Below, piece by piece: positions 49,185 to 61,100 of a stretch of 64,000 nucleotides of DNA. How positions within the stretch are numbered: the first letter of the stretch is position 1; each line of letters starts with the position of its first letter. Origin of the DNA: Macrostomum lignano (taxonomy: Eukaryota); the NCBI GenBank assembly GCA_002269645.1, contig NIVC01000562.1:62001-126000 (forward strand), written 5' to 3'. The translations under genes were made by a program, and so were the position numbers. Below the pieces are notes generated by a model that saw only the letters and a program-made list of their open reading frames with translations, did not search any database and was not told the DNA's origin.

Positions 49185-50060
49185 GCAGCCTCTGGAAATC
49201 TGAGAGGAGGCCGGACAGGACAACCTCTTGTAATCTGGGTGGCGGACAACCTCATGGAATCTGGGAGGATGGCGGACAACCTCATGGAATCTGGGAGGAT
49301 GGCGGACAACCTCTGGGAATCTGGGAGGATGGCGGACAACCTCTGGGAATCTGGGAGGATGGCGGACAACCTCTGGGAATCTGAGAGCGTGGCGGCCGGA
49401 CAACCTCTGGGAATCTGAGAGCGTGGCGGCCGGACAACCTCTGGGAATCTGAGAGCGTGGCGGCCGGACAACCTCTGGGAATCTGAGAGCGTGGCGGCCG
49501 GACAACCTCTGGGAATCTGAGAGCGTGGCGGCCGGACAACCTCTGGGAATCTGAGAGCGTGGCGGCCGGACAACCTCTGGGAATCTGAGAGCGTGGCGGC
49601 CGGACAACCTCTGGGAATCTGAGAGCGTGGCGGCCGGACAACCTCTGGGAATCTGAGAGCGTGGCGGCCGGACAACCTCTGGGAATCTGAGAGCGTGGTG
49701 GCCGGACAACCTCTGGGAATCTGAGAGCGTGGCGGCCGGACAACCTCTGGGAATCTGTGAGGGTGGCGGACAACCTCGGGGAATCTGGGAGGATAGTGGG
49801 CAACTTCTGGGAATCTGGGAGGATAGTGGGCAACTTCTGGGAATCTGGGAGGATAGTGGGCAACTTCTGGGAATCTGGGAGGATAGTGGGCAACTTCTGG
49901 AAATCTGGGAGGATAGTGGGCAACTTCTGGAAATCTGGGAGGATAGTGGGCAACTTCTGGAAATCTGGGAGGATAGTGGGCAACTTCTGGAAATCTGGGA
50001 GGGTGGCGGACAACCTCTGGGAATCTGAGAGGGTGGCGGACAGTCTCTGGGAATCTACGA
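49185..50060. repeat. Composite minisatellite: 30-bp, 34-bp and 30-bp blocks sharing GGAATCTG...ACAAC(C/T)TCT
   Basis: Direct inspection. Confidence 0.95.
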
Positions 50061-50849
50061 GTGTCGCCGAAGACCTATCAATCCCCTTAAGCTACATTAA
50101 ATATTTTAGAGAATTTATACGCTCGTATTGTAACCAGTCAGTTGTCCTTCACGGTCGGAAAAAGATATTTTTAAATCTCGTCGGAAACTAATCTCTTTGA
50201 TAAGTGTAAAAAAGCACAGGTTTAAAAATCACTCTCCCATACGTACCCTTCAGAGAGAACTTTAAAATGAACAACAGTGGTCGTGCCGCAGAGGCAGCGT
50301 GACCTTTAATTCCTTAGAAATTCCGCGCAAATAAGTTAGCAAATTATTCACATATTCAGCGAACGGTCCTTTAAGAATAGAATGCGAAACCGAACTGAAA
50401 TTCCATCGGCGGCCTTGTTCCAGATATTCCACGAGCAGGCAGGCGCTTATTGATTGATTACCAAACGAGAGTTAAACAGTCGAATTAAATATAAATCTAT
50501 AGGCATTGTCGGGCTTCTGTGTCCTTTGCCGCACATTATATATTGTTCCTTCTGGAAAAGTGGCATGCAGCCACTTCTGCAGTGTATAAGGCCTATGTGC
50601 CATTGCAGATGGCCCACACACAAAAAACTATTTCTATTATCTTTATCTTTATCCCGAAAGATTGATAAGAGCAAGAGATTGAATATGCTATAAACACAAG
50701 ATGCGAGATAAATTGACGCTATTTACCAGGTCACAAAAACTAAAGCTAGATGAATGAAAGAAGTAGTTGACAATTCAATCAATCATGCAATAGGATAATA
50801 CAGACAGAGGAGAATTTAGCAGAAGTTATATTGTGAAAATCCAATTAAC

Positions 50850-51140
50850 CGAAGGAATACCAATTAGCCACTTTTATGTTCATTGAACTAGCTCGTACCA
50901 AGTGGGGGCCCTCCCACCCCGACAGTTTTTTGCTGCGCTGGAACGGAGCAACGTAGGCACACGAAAATCCAGAATACAGGCGAGCTCTTTGTTGCGCACC
51001 TCCAACAAGAATCAAGTCGCCAGCCCTCCGGACCGTCGAGGTATTCAAAAATTCTGCCAGACGGTCGGATTTTTTCCATAATAGCGCTATCACTTGTACC
51101 CCAATAAGCACTGCGAGTGCAGCCTTGCCAAGCCTCCAAA
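50850..51140 (-). mobile_element. Possible Gypsy/Ginger integrase C-terminal remnant
   Basis: RRAGDLILV...KKLSGWEGPHLV resembles the GDxVLV...WxGPYxV (GPY/F) motif; no catalytic core seen. Confidence 0.3.
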
Positions 51141-51223
51141 TTTCATCAGCACGTCGACCACATGTCTGCATCAGCCTAATCCTGACTTCGATGGTCACTT
51201 CACAGCCAAACAGAGCTTCTGAA

Positions 51224-51518
51224 CATTCAACAGGTGGCACCAGGTAACTATAAGGACAACCCTGTTGCGAATTTCTCTAATTTCTCAAGACTCACTGCTG
51301 GACATCCTCAGCTAGTCTCTCAAGCATAAGTAAGCCTTCAGAACCTCCAATAAATGACACTAGCTGCGACTATAGACAACTGTTGCAATTTTTTTATGTC
51401 ACTGACCAAAGCATCAATAATGGGCAAACTTCAAACTCCAGGTCGTTCTCAGACTCTGAAACAGACTAGAGAAATTCGCAACAAGGTGTCCATAGTCACC
51501 CGATGCCACCTGTTGAAG
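51224..51518. mobile_element. Possible MITE remnant with ~50-bp imperfect inverted repeat
   Basis: TTCAACAGGTGGCACCAGGTAACTATAAGGACAACCCTGTTGCGAATTTCTCTA near 51224 is inverted at ~51468-51518. No TSD found. Confidence 0.45.
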
Positions 51519-52706
51519 CTACTAGTTAATAACTGAATGCAGAAAATGTCTTTGTCCGGTAGAAATATCGACAGATTTTTTACAGGAAGTTGAAAGATTG
51601 ACGTCTAGCGCAAATATGATTTAATTTAGTAAACAAGAGGTTTCATTATAAAAAACTTCGTTTAGGTTTAAGAAAAAGATACACTAAATAAATTTCGCCG
51701 GAACTTAGCTTTCTCGCCGGTTTCCAGTAGCATTTCAGGAAAAGCAATTGCTAAATTTAAGAATCAACCTCGGAAAAAACAAACTGGCACTTATTGTTCT
51801 GCTTGTTAATCAAGTCTAGAACGAGAGCTATTAAAAATTTTGCGTGGCTGCACTGCTTTCCGGTAGAGGCGGGTGAGTCTCACCCAGCGTCTGAACACGT
51901 AATTCGTCTCAATGCTCAAAACCTGCTCGACTTTCCTAGAAACAATCGCTCATCAGTCTTTCTGGAGTCTTTGAGTAACTTGTTGGTAAATATTTTTAAT
52001 AACTTTGTGGACCTAATCTATCTACAGACCTATTTAGAACCCTTCAAAAAGCTATTTATTTTAGAATTTAATTTCAAAATAAAATATTGACGTCAACTTA
52101 CAAAGAACTGCAGAATAAGCCAGGGTGCCCACAGCCCTCCTGCAAATTGTTCTGTAATTTACTACTGTATAAGTAATATAATCAAATCCAATCATCAATT
52201 CATATATAACCCACACCAATTCATTCAAAAATGACTTAAATAGTAAACATAAGAAGTCTCTGTAACCTTTATTTGCATAGTAGACACAAATAAAAATTAA
52301 TGCATGTAAAAGTATCCGCCCAACGAGAAATTCACTTATTTTATTTGCAACTACGACAGCTTCAAGTGGATAGGATATACAGCATAGGCGGACAAATGAA
52401 AATTGCCGATGTTCTATTTATATATAAATATAAAAGAAATCAGGGCGCGCTTGATATAACTTGAAAGCATTGTACGCCGATTTTAAGCGACACAAGCAAA
52501 CGCTTCAGCTCAGTATATTTATGAATTCAGTCAACTGTCGGACTGTCCAAGAGCCGGTTCAAATATGCTATGTTATGCCAAATTAAATTAGATTATATTT
52601 CCCACCCTCTGTACTGTCTACTTGCGAGTAATAACAATCTAACACAAATAAAGTTCACGGGGGAGGAGATAGAGGCATAAGCGAGAGTCCTACTGAATAA
52701 GCATCT

Positions 52707-52940
52707 CTAGCAGCCGCCGCGCAGGGCCAACACCAGGTGAAGCACCGAGCCGCCAGTGATTTTCAGCTCTTCCGCAGTCATTGTGTCGTTCATCTGCTTC
52801 CCGGAGAAGATCAGCCTCTGCTGGGGCGGCGGGATGCCCTCCTTCTCTTCGACTCGCTCCTTGATGCGCTCGACCTTGTCCGTTGGCTCGATGTCAATTT
52901 CGATCTCCTTGCCAGTCAGGGTTTTCACCTTGATAAGCAT
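52707..52940 (-). CDS. NEDD8: Ubiquitin-like protein NEDD8 precursor, 77 aa, intronless CDS
   Basis: [38 protein letters not shown]...[11 protein letters not shown], with the NEDD8-diagnostic Ala72. Splice acceptor 14 nt upstream of the ATG. Confidence 0.95.
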   Translation of the reverse strand: MLIKVKTLTGKEIEIDIEPTDKVERIKERVEEKEGIPPPQQRLIFSGKQMNDTMTAEELKITGGSVLHLVLALRGGC

Positions 52941-53644
52941 TGTTAGACTTTTTGCTGGAAAAATGTATTGATTTTATCTACTGCCAACTTAGATATCTTA
53001 TATAGAATAAGAAATAAGAAATAGAAATAAGATTAATAGATGACAGAAGAGTCAATCTCAACAGGTGCAGACACAGAGTGTGCAGAACACATCTAGCAAG
53101 ACACTGTAAGTCGCGGGACATTCTACTAATATACAAAGCTGATCAGATCAAGAAAGCCAAATAAGATGCATCGTGATTATTCCATAACAGATATTCTCGA
53201 TGAAATGCAGTAGATTTTTTTCAATTTAAATCTTTCAATGCCAGGACTTCTTTATGACAAAATCACTATGTACTTGCAATTCAAATAGAAAGCTTTTCTT
53301 GCAAAAAAACCTATAATAGTCTATTAAAGCTGCAAACTAGAAATAATTATAAACCCCATTTACTAGTAAATAACAAACTACAAGCTTTGCAAAGATAATA
53401 TTTGCCTTGCCAATTAGATCAGAAGAGAAGCTATCTATGTGCTCTCTGCTAGTACTTTTTTATCAATGCATTTATTAATATTTTTTCTATTGCTAAACAG
53501 ACAGATATATATATAGAAAAAAGATAAGAAAGTCTTATTAGAAATTAGACTGGATGCCTATAAACTTAGCACAATAAACTTGGTTTAGTTTATCATAATC
53601 TAGGTTAGATTTATACTGCTAAATATCAAATTAGAGTAAAAGTT

Positions 53645-54541
53645 AAAAAAGCACACCCCTAAGCTTAAGTCCTTAGGCAGCACTTAGAGCACTTCTGGCA
53701 GACAGTAATGGGTATACTAGTTGCAATGATTATGCGCTGCTGCACAAGTGGCATGGTTGCTATATGACCAGCTCTTGTCACAAAAATGGCCACCATTTGC
53801 TTTGACACACTGCACTTTCACTGCAGCTTCAATGGTGAGGCACCTCTAACTAGTGTCCACTAGGCCAATAGCCAACAGCTGCTTGGTCAATGGGTCAAAA
53901 CTATAGATCTAGGATGTCATCACTGACAATTTCCAAGACTAAGTTTGAGTAGCCACCATTAAATCTGTTGAGCATAGCATGGTACAAATCCATATGAGTC
54001 TTCTTTGCTTTCTATCAGGTGATAAAGCACCTAGCATACAGAAATCTTGCTTAGGTTGAGCCTTGAATGCAATATTGCACAGATGGTTCCTAATAAAGTG
54101 CCCATTTTTGCATTTATCTAGGCCACAGTTACCCTGTCATCATGCTCAATCATGGCCTAAATGGAAGCAGTATTTTTGCTTGCTATAGCAGATAGGCCAG
54201 CTGCTATGCTTTTCATCATCTAGATTATTAGCCACATCAAAATTTGGCAAACTATTAAAAAACCATGGTCCTAGGAGGTGCTTCTTTGCCAAAAGCCATT
54301 TCAAGTCCTTCAAAGCTCTTTTACTGCCTTAGACTACCTTTTTCATCATTATAAATCATTGCTTTACAATGGCCTTTGTTGAGCTCTATTATGAATTCCA
54401 TGTTAAGGGGTATACTCACTTTTTGTATATGCAGCATAGGCTTTGTAGAAAAATTTATCTAAAATTACCTACTAGTGCCAAATTGATTAAGTACATCACC
54501 TTACCACTTTGTGCATCCAGAAACTTGTTGAATTTCCCTTG
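53645..54541 (-). mobile_element. Degenerate mariner transposon (5' TIR plus transposase N-terminal two-thirds; many stops and frameshifts)
   Basis: End TA|CAAGGGAAATTCAACAAGTTTC at 54541; ATG at 54401. Decoded pieces: AMIYND..., AFGKEAPPRTMVF**FAKF, LDDEKHSSWP, MIEHDDRVT, ILHSRLNLSKISVC*V, EIVSDD-S*IYSFDP, QMVAIF...GHIAT, *YTHYCLPEV. These follow mariner motif order. Confidence 0.8.
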
Positions 54542-55706
54542 TATTTTAGATGCCATGGTCTACATTAGAGTTCAATTACTTTTATATATTATTATTTTTT
54601 TATGCTATCTTTAGAGGGGGGGGGGTAAGGAGGAAGCAGCTAACCTTCCCCCTTAAAATAGCTTAATAGATCATATTTTGCCTCCTAAAAACCTAAATTT
54701 GTGCCCCTTACACTAGATTTTTCAGTACCTATATGCATTTTTTGTGCCTTTAAGCTTGATTTTTTGCCCTCCTAAAAAACATTTTTTGCCTTCTAGCTTA
54801 AAAATTGGTGCCCTTTATACTCGTGTTGGCATCCTAAACTTGGACTGCCCCCCTCCAAATGAAACTCTAGATTTACCACTGTTGTAACATCACAACAATA
54901 TATATTTAAATAAATCAAAATGATACAGTCTAGATGCAATGACTAGACTTAAAAAATGTGTGAATTTTTTCCTATCTAGCCAATTTATTAAGCTTGGCAC
55001 TTTTTAACTTCTATTTATTCTATCAGTTAAAGTCACCATTTTGTGGGTATCAAAAATATATTATTATAAGTCTAACAAAGAAATCATCACCTTTGCCAAC
55101 TAGTGGCTAGAGGACCAACTAGCCGAGTACTATACCAATGGCATCTAGGTGCTACACAACCAATGGTAGAACTAGAAGTGCAATGATTGCTAGGGATACT
55201 ATGTTGAAAAAATGTAATATTATTCCAAAATTTATGCTTTTACTATATAAATGACAAAAATTTTTGAACTTGCCCTTATAACTAGGCCCTAATAATTGTT
55301 TTACTTTTGTCTCTAAAAGGGCAAAGGCTAAAAGAGGTTTTTAACTTTATATTTGTAGGCCCTAAGAATTTTTTTTCTAGATCTCCTTGCTCTTAAAGTT
55401 TATTTTAGAGTTTTAATTAATGTGGCCAGCCGATCTCACCTTGCCTGGGGTCTAAGATCTGTCATAGAGCTTTAAGCTATATAAAGCTTATTATTTAAAA
55501 GATTTCTAATCAATTATAATAGAACTCAAACTTTTATTTATACAAAAAATTTTAAAATTTAATTGTATTCACTAATATGCATTAATTAGGCCTATCTAAT
55601 GTAATAAGCTCAAATGTCTAGGCCTATGGCATGATTCTATTAATTAATTGGTTTGCACATGAAACATGAGCATTGACAAGCAGCCTAGCCTACCCTAGAT
55701 AGCCTG

Positions 55707-56861
55707 GGGTGCTGACCATTTCGGCGAAAGACCACTTCGGCGAAGGCCACTTTGGCGAATGACCATTTCGGAGAATCCACTTCGGCGAATGAAATGACCA
55801 CTTCGGCGAAGCTTGTGAAACTTAACGAAAAATTAGTGTATCAAAACAAGACAACGGAATGCTAGTACGAGTTTATCTCCAGCGGAGAAATTAATATCTT
55901 CTTCTTGTAATATTGAGTTCATCGCGATCTACTACACCTTTTCACGTTCAATTTTGATCAAAGTGAACCCCAGTTCAAAACATTCTGTTTATACTGCCAC
56001 CGAAGCAAGGTTTAGCCATAGAAAAAATTATCCCCAGTCTGAATTGAAATTCCGCTAGTTTATTTAGAACTGGACTTTGATCAAAATTGAACGTGAAAAG
56101 GTGTACATGTACACAAATAATCTTCATACAAATAATCTTAATACATATAATAAAACCTATATATGCCAAAGTGCCTTAACTAATAGCGAAGAGATTTTAT
56201 GTGACATAATCGCCACATTTTGGGGAAGGTGCTGATTGACGTACCATTTATTATAAGACTATCAAATGTAGCCTTTTTGCGGCCTGCTCGGCCTGCTCTG
56301 TGGGGTGCTATATAGCGCATAAAAATGTGCAAAATTAAACATGCTGTATTGGCTTAGACTCATAGGCTTATTATCGAAGGAATTTGGCCTGACGAAATCA
56401 TGCAATGAAATGTACTTTTGTGCTTCTGTATACGAGCTCGTGCGTATATACATGTAAAGCTCAAAAATTTGTACTGTATATGCTGTATACCTGCTGCTGA
56501 TCTACATGTACATGTACATGTACATGTATGTACATGTAATTTCTAAACCAATAAAGTGCATTTGTACTAAAGGCAGAATTGTTTTCCTCCTGATTTGAGT
56601 TCGACTTTGAATTGACTTTGTTCGACTTTGACTTCGTTTGTAAAGCAAAATTACAAGTAAACTGACCATTAGCTAGCTAGGTTTTTAATTAGAAAGTGGA
56701 CATTTTAAGAACATATATGTACATTTAATTTTATTTATTAATTATATCGTTCGCCGAAGTGGTCATTGCATTCGCCGAAGTGGATTCTCGGAAATTGTCT
56801 TTCGCCGAAGTGGCCTTCGCCGAAGTGGGCTTTCGGCCTTTCGCCGAAATGGACTGAAACC
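55707..56861. mobile_element. MULE-like non-autonomous element, 1155 bp, 9-bp TSD, with subterminal CACTTCGGCGAA repeats
   Basis: GATAGCCTG at 55698-55706 and 56862-56870. Ends GGGTGCTGACCATTTCGGCGAAA and inverse GGTTTCAGTCCATTTCGGCGAAA; arrays of TTCGGCGAA in inverted orientation at both ends. Confidence 0.75.
55935..56103. mobile_element. Small TA-flanked MITE (169 bp) nested in the MULE-like element
   Basis: 30-bp perfect inverted repeat CACCTTTTCACGTTCAATTTTGATCAAAGT; TA at 55933-55934 and 56104-56105. Confidence 0.65.
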
Positions 56862-56873
56862 GATAGCCTGATA

Positions 56874-57471
56874 CCATAGTCAGGAAGGTGGCAGAGTGTG
56901 CGCCGGAACAAATTTTGGCCTCTCCCAAAATTGTGCGCCGTGCGCCGACACAAAAACTCTCGTGTGCGCCGTTGTGCGCCCGCCACTACCTGCCTTGCGA
57001 CAATAAAAGACCTTTTTTTGAGAAATTGAGATCGTTAAACCGAAAATAGAAATTTAAAAAATTTTTAATTTAATTTTTAATTTTTAAAACAAAACAAACA
57101 TAAAAAGTAAGCAAATGGCAAAAACAAAGGTAAAAAGGAAAAGGAAAATATTTTATTTTATTTTTTATTTTTTGGTAGAATGCAGTGTTACATTAGACAG
57201 AACAGTGAATAGTGTACTGTAACAAGTAACGACTTACATCGTTACATGGGATCGCCACAAGGGTAACGCTGCATGTGGCGCGGCGCCCGCCGCGCCGCGC
57301 CGCCATGCGCCGGTGTCCTCTGGTGTGCGCCGTTGTGCGCCGCTGTGCGCCAGTGCGCCGCTGTGCGCTGTTGTGGCGCGCCGCTGTGCGCCGTTGTGCG
57401 CCGTTGTGTGCCCAAAAAGGGCTTGTGTGCGCCGGAATTTTCCGACCAAACTGCCACCTTCCTGACTATGG
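56874..57471. mobile_element. Non-autonomous DNA transposon, 598 bp, 8-bp TSD (hAT/P-like TSD length; superfamily unassigned)
   Basis: GCCTGATA at 56866-56873 and 57472-57479; 21-bp TIR CCATAGTCAGGAAGGTGGCAG; subterminal TGTGCGCCG repeats. Confidence 0.8.
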
Positions 57472-58158
57472 GCCTGATAATACTCATAAATAGGCAAACA
57501 TTTATACTTTGAATTTGACTTTACTATATAGCTAAACTTTATAGGCCTACTTATTTTGGCAATTTATTACAATCCAAATAAGTCAAGTGGGCCATATATT
57601 AAATAGGGCTAAGTCTCATTAAAAATTCTGGAATATTAAAAAATGCAATTAACAGATGTGGATCTGGAAGATAAGATAGACCATAATTTATAGGTCCATC
57701 ATATTCATACATAGGCATATGTCTACGATCAATAACACAAGGTGGAGTAAAGGCTTGTTCACACTGCCATCAAATAATGCCATCAAATTACACGACCAAT
57801 CTAGGCCTAGCTAGAAATGTTCAAAGGGATTAAAGGCGGGCAGCGATCACGAGCTCGATCCAGAGGCTGGGGAATCGAATTTTCTTTTTGCTTAGGCCCC
57901 ATCCTTATCAAATACGTCCAAACTTATATATTTTGTCCAGAATTTATACCTAGAAGCACGACTAATCTTTGTTGGTTAAGGTTAAAGCGTATTAAAATGT
58001 TAAAAGTATTGTTATAATTAGGCTTCCATGTAATTTTTTGAACTAAATTTGAATATATCTTTTTCGTCGAATTTTCGAAGAAAAAGTTTAACCTACAGTA
58101 TATATAGAACGTTAGCATCGACTATCTTTTTGGGATCTACCAGCTGCTAAAGGTTTTA

Positions 58159-61100
58159 ATGCAAATAGAAGAAAATGAAGATTTTTTGCGTCAAGGAGAG
58201 TTTATCATCAGTGAATCTGATAAGAAGAAATACAGGTGAGGTGATCTTGATTTACTGTTTAGCAACCTTCCCAAGTCAAGTGACAAGTCTGGACTCTGGA
58301 CTAAATTATAAAAAAATTGTTGAAAAAAGTCAAGGAGTTCCAAGTAAAATTTTGCCAAAATGCAAGTTTTGCCCATCTGTCCCTTTCAATTTTTATCTCA
58401 CTTGGCACTTCTGTTCTGTCTTACTCTTAGGATATGCCTTTTCATTAATTTTCTAACTGTGATACTGAAGATAGCAAAGTTGCTATATTAAAAGGCAATA
58501 TTTAGTACAATAGTTTCTTTTGTGCTATCATATATCTTATAATAGGGGCATGAATTTTACTAGCTTTGATTTAAAATTTAGGACAATTAAACCAAAGTAT
58601 AGATTTTTACCGTTTGCTGCTTTTAGTAGTTATTTTTAAGTGTCTTAAGACACTTAAAAATCTGAAGGTTCAGAAAATATCATAGTGTTTTAGTGCTTTA
58701 CGGGCTTTTACCTTAAAGATTATATATATCATAATTTTGATGGATAATTAAAGTTCAAAAAGCTCATATCTTCTTTTACCTTTAAAGTGAACCTATACTA
58801 CGAGTATATAGCCTAAAAATTTCTATACTAAAATTATAGAATTTCTAAACTATGCATTATATGCATTGAATTTTTTAGCCTATATAATATAAGTTTACTT
58901 TAAATATATCTTTAAAAAATATTAAGCACTTTTAGTGCTTTGGCAATATTTGAGAATATATATTATACTTTGCAATATGTATTTCAAATCCTAGATCAAG
59001 GTTGCTACCAAAGCTAATGATAATTGTGATGTCTGCACTTTTACGCTTGTATGTTTATGGGCTAAATTATGTCCTTTGAGTTCTATGACATTGCTATAGA
59101 TATTATTTTCACTAAAGTAATATTTTTCTCATGACTGAATACAATTGTGTTCAAAGATTTCTTTGAGTAATTGCTGTTCTAGCGCAAAGATATGATATTA
59201 AGCAGAGGGATAGAAGAGGCATTGTATCCTGATTGGATTGGAATTAGATTTTTATTTACCAAATTTTCTATTGCTAAACCCTATTTAGCACTATGCATTC
59301 TCTAGAGCATACTAAATATACTCAAAATATGATAAATATCTGTTCCTTACCAGCCTTTAGTTCATTTCTAAGAAAATGTATTATAGTGTCCTACTTCATT
59401 TGTCCATGTAAAAATGTATAAATTTCACTGGCATGGCACAGTATGTACACATAGTAGGAAGGTTTTGAATTCACTTGCCAAATCATGCCAGGCGCATCCT
59501 GCTTGACAACGGCCTCCTAGTGCTGCTGATTCATGAGCCCGACGATGCCAATTTGCCAACTGTTAAGCGGCGCAAGTCCACAGTCGAGCCGCTGGACGCC
59601 ATGGTTGAGGTTAGCGCCATCCTGTCGGCCGATGAGGACTATGACGAAGATTCTGGCCGACGTCGACGTCGGCGTCGACGCAACAAACAAAATGGCGATG
59701 GTGAGAATGCCAACTCAAGTATGAGCAATAGCGGGGTTGAGGTGACAACGTCTGAGGATGCCGACAATGCGTTGGATAATGAAGACGATGGACCATCTGA
59801 TTACAATGATCAGGTAATTGTGCGTGATGGAGAGAACTTGCTGTCACTCACTCAATGATGAACAGCAGTCACTCACTCAATGATGAACAGCAGTCACTCA
59901 CTCAATGATGAACAGCATTCACTCACTCAATGATGAACAGCATTCACTCACTCGATGATGAACAGCAGTCACTCACTCAATGATGAACAGCAGTCACTCA
60001 CTCAATGATGAACAGTAGTCACTCACTCAATGATGAACAGCAGTCACTCACTCAATGATGAACAGTAGTCACTCACTCAATGATGAACAGCAGTCACTCA
60101 CTCAATGATGAACAGCATTCACTCACTCAATGATGAACAGTAGTCACTCACTCAATGATGAACAGCAGTCACTCACTCAATGATGAACAGCAGTCACTCA
60201 CTCAATGATGAACAGCAGTCACTCACTCAATGATGAACAGAGTTCACTCACTCAATGATGAACAGCATTGACTCACTCAATGATGAACAGTAGTCACTCA
60301 CTCAATTAAGAACTGTAGTCACTCACTCAATTATGAACAGTAGTCACTCACTCTGCTGTCAGTTTGGACATGTATAGACACCTAGCAGGGTTGTATAGCC
60401 TAGTGGTTAGAGCGTCGGTCTTGGGTTCGATTCTCGACCCAGTCGGAACAATTTGTGTCCTCGAGCAAGACACTTAACTCTGCATTGCTTTAGCTCACCC
60501 AGCTGTAAAATGGGTGCCAGCAGTAGCTGGGGTAATTGAGGGTGTGTGGCGACCCCCCAGTCCTTGGACTGAACAGCCGTACGCAACCTTCAGATGCGCC
60601 GCGCAATAGCTGCGGCTGAGCTGTCAGTTGCACATCTGCCTATTAGGGCAGGTGTAATCAATTATTAAATAATTATATTATGGCCCCTGAGAAATCCCAA
60701 CTCCCTTGATCCCCAAAAGCAGAACCAGGAAGAAACCGGTGAAGAGTCGAACCCAGACGAAGACGCGCAGGACAGCGAGGTCGAGGCAGTCGCCAATCGC
60801 GAACGCGGCGATCGAGACGGCCTGGCCGAGGCCAGGCGCAGCCAGCGGGTCCGCACTGCCAAGCTGTCGGCCGCCGCTGTCTGCGTCGGCAGCGGCAATG
60901 CCCAGGACGATCCGGATTTGCCCGGCCTGGCCCACTGCCTGGAGCACATGGTGTTCATGGGCTCGGCCAAGTATCCTGACGAGAACGGGTTCGACGCGTT
61001 TGTACAGGAATGCGGCGGCAGCAGCAACGCTTGGACTGATGCCGAGCAGACGCTGTTTTATTTTAGCGTCAGGCAGCAGAGCCTGCCCGATTGCTTGGAT

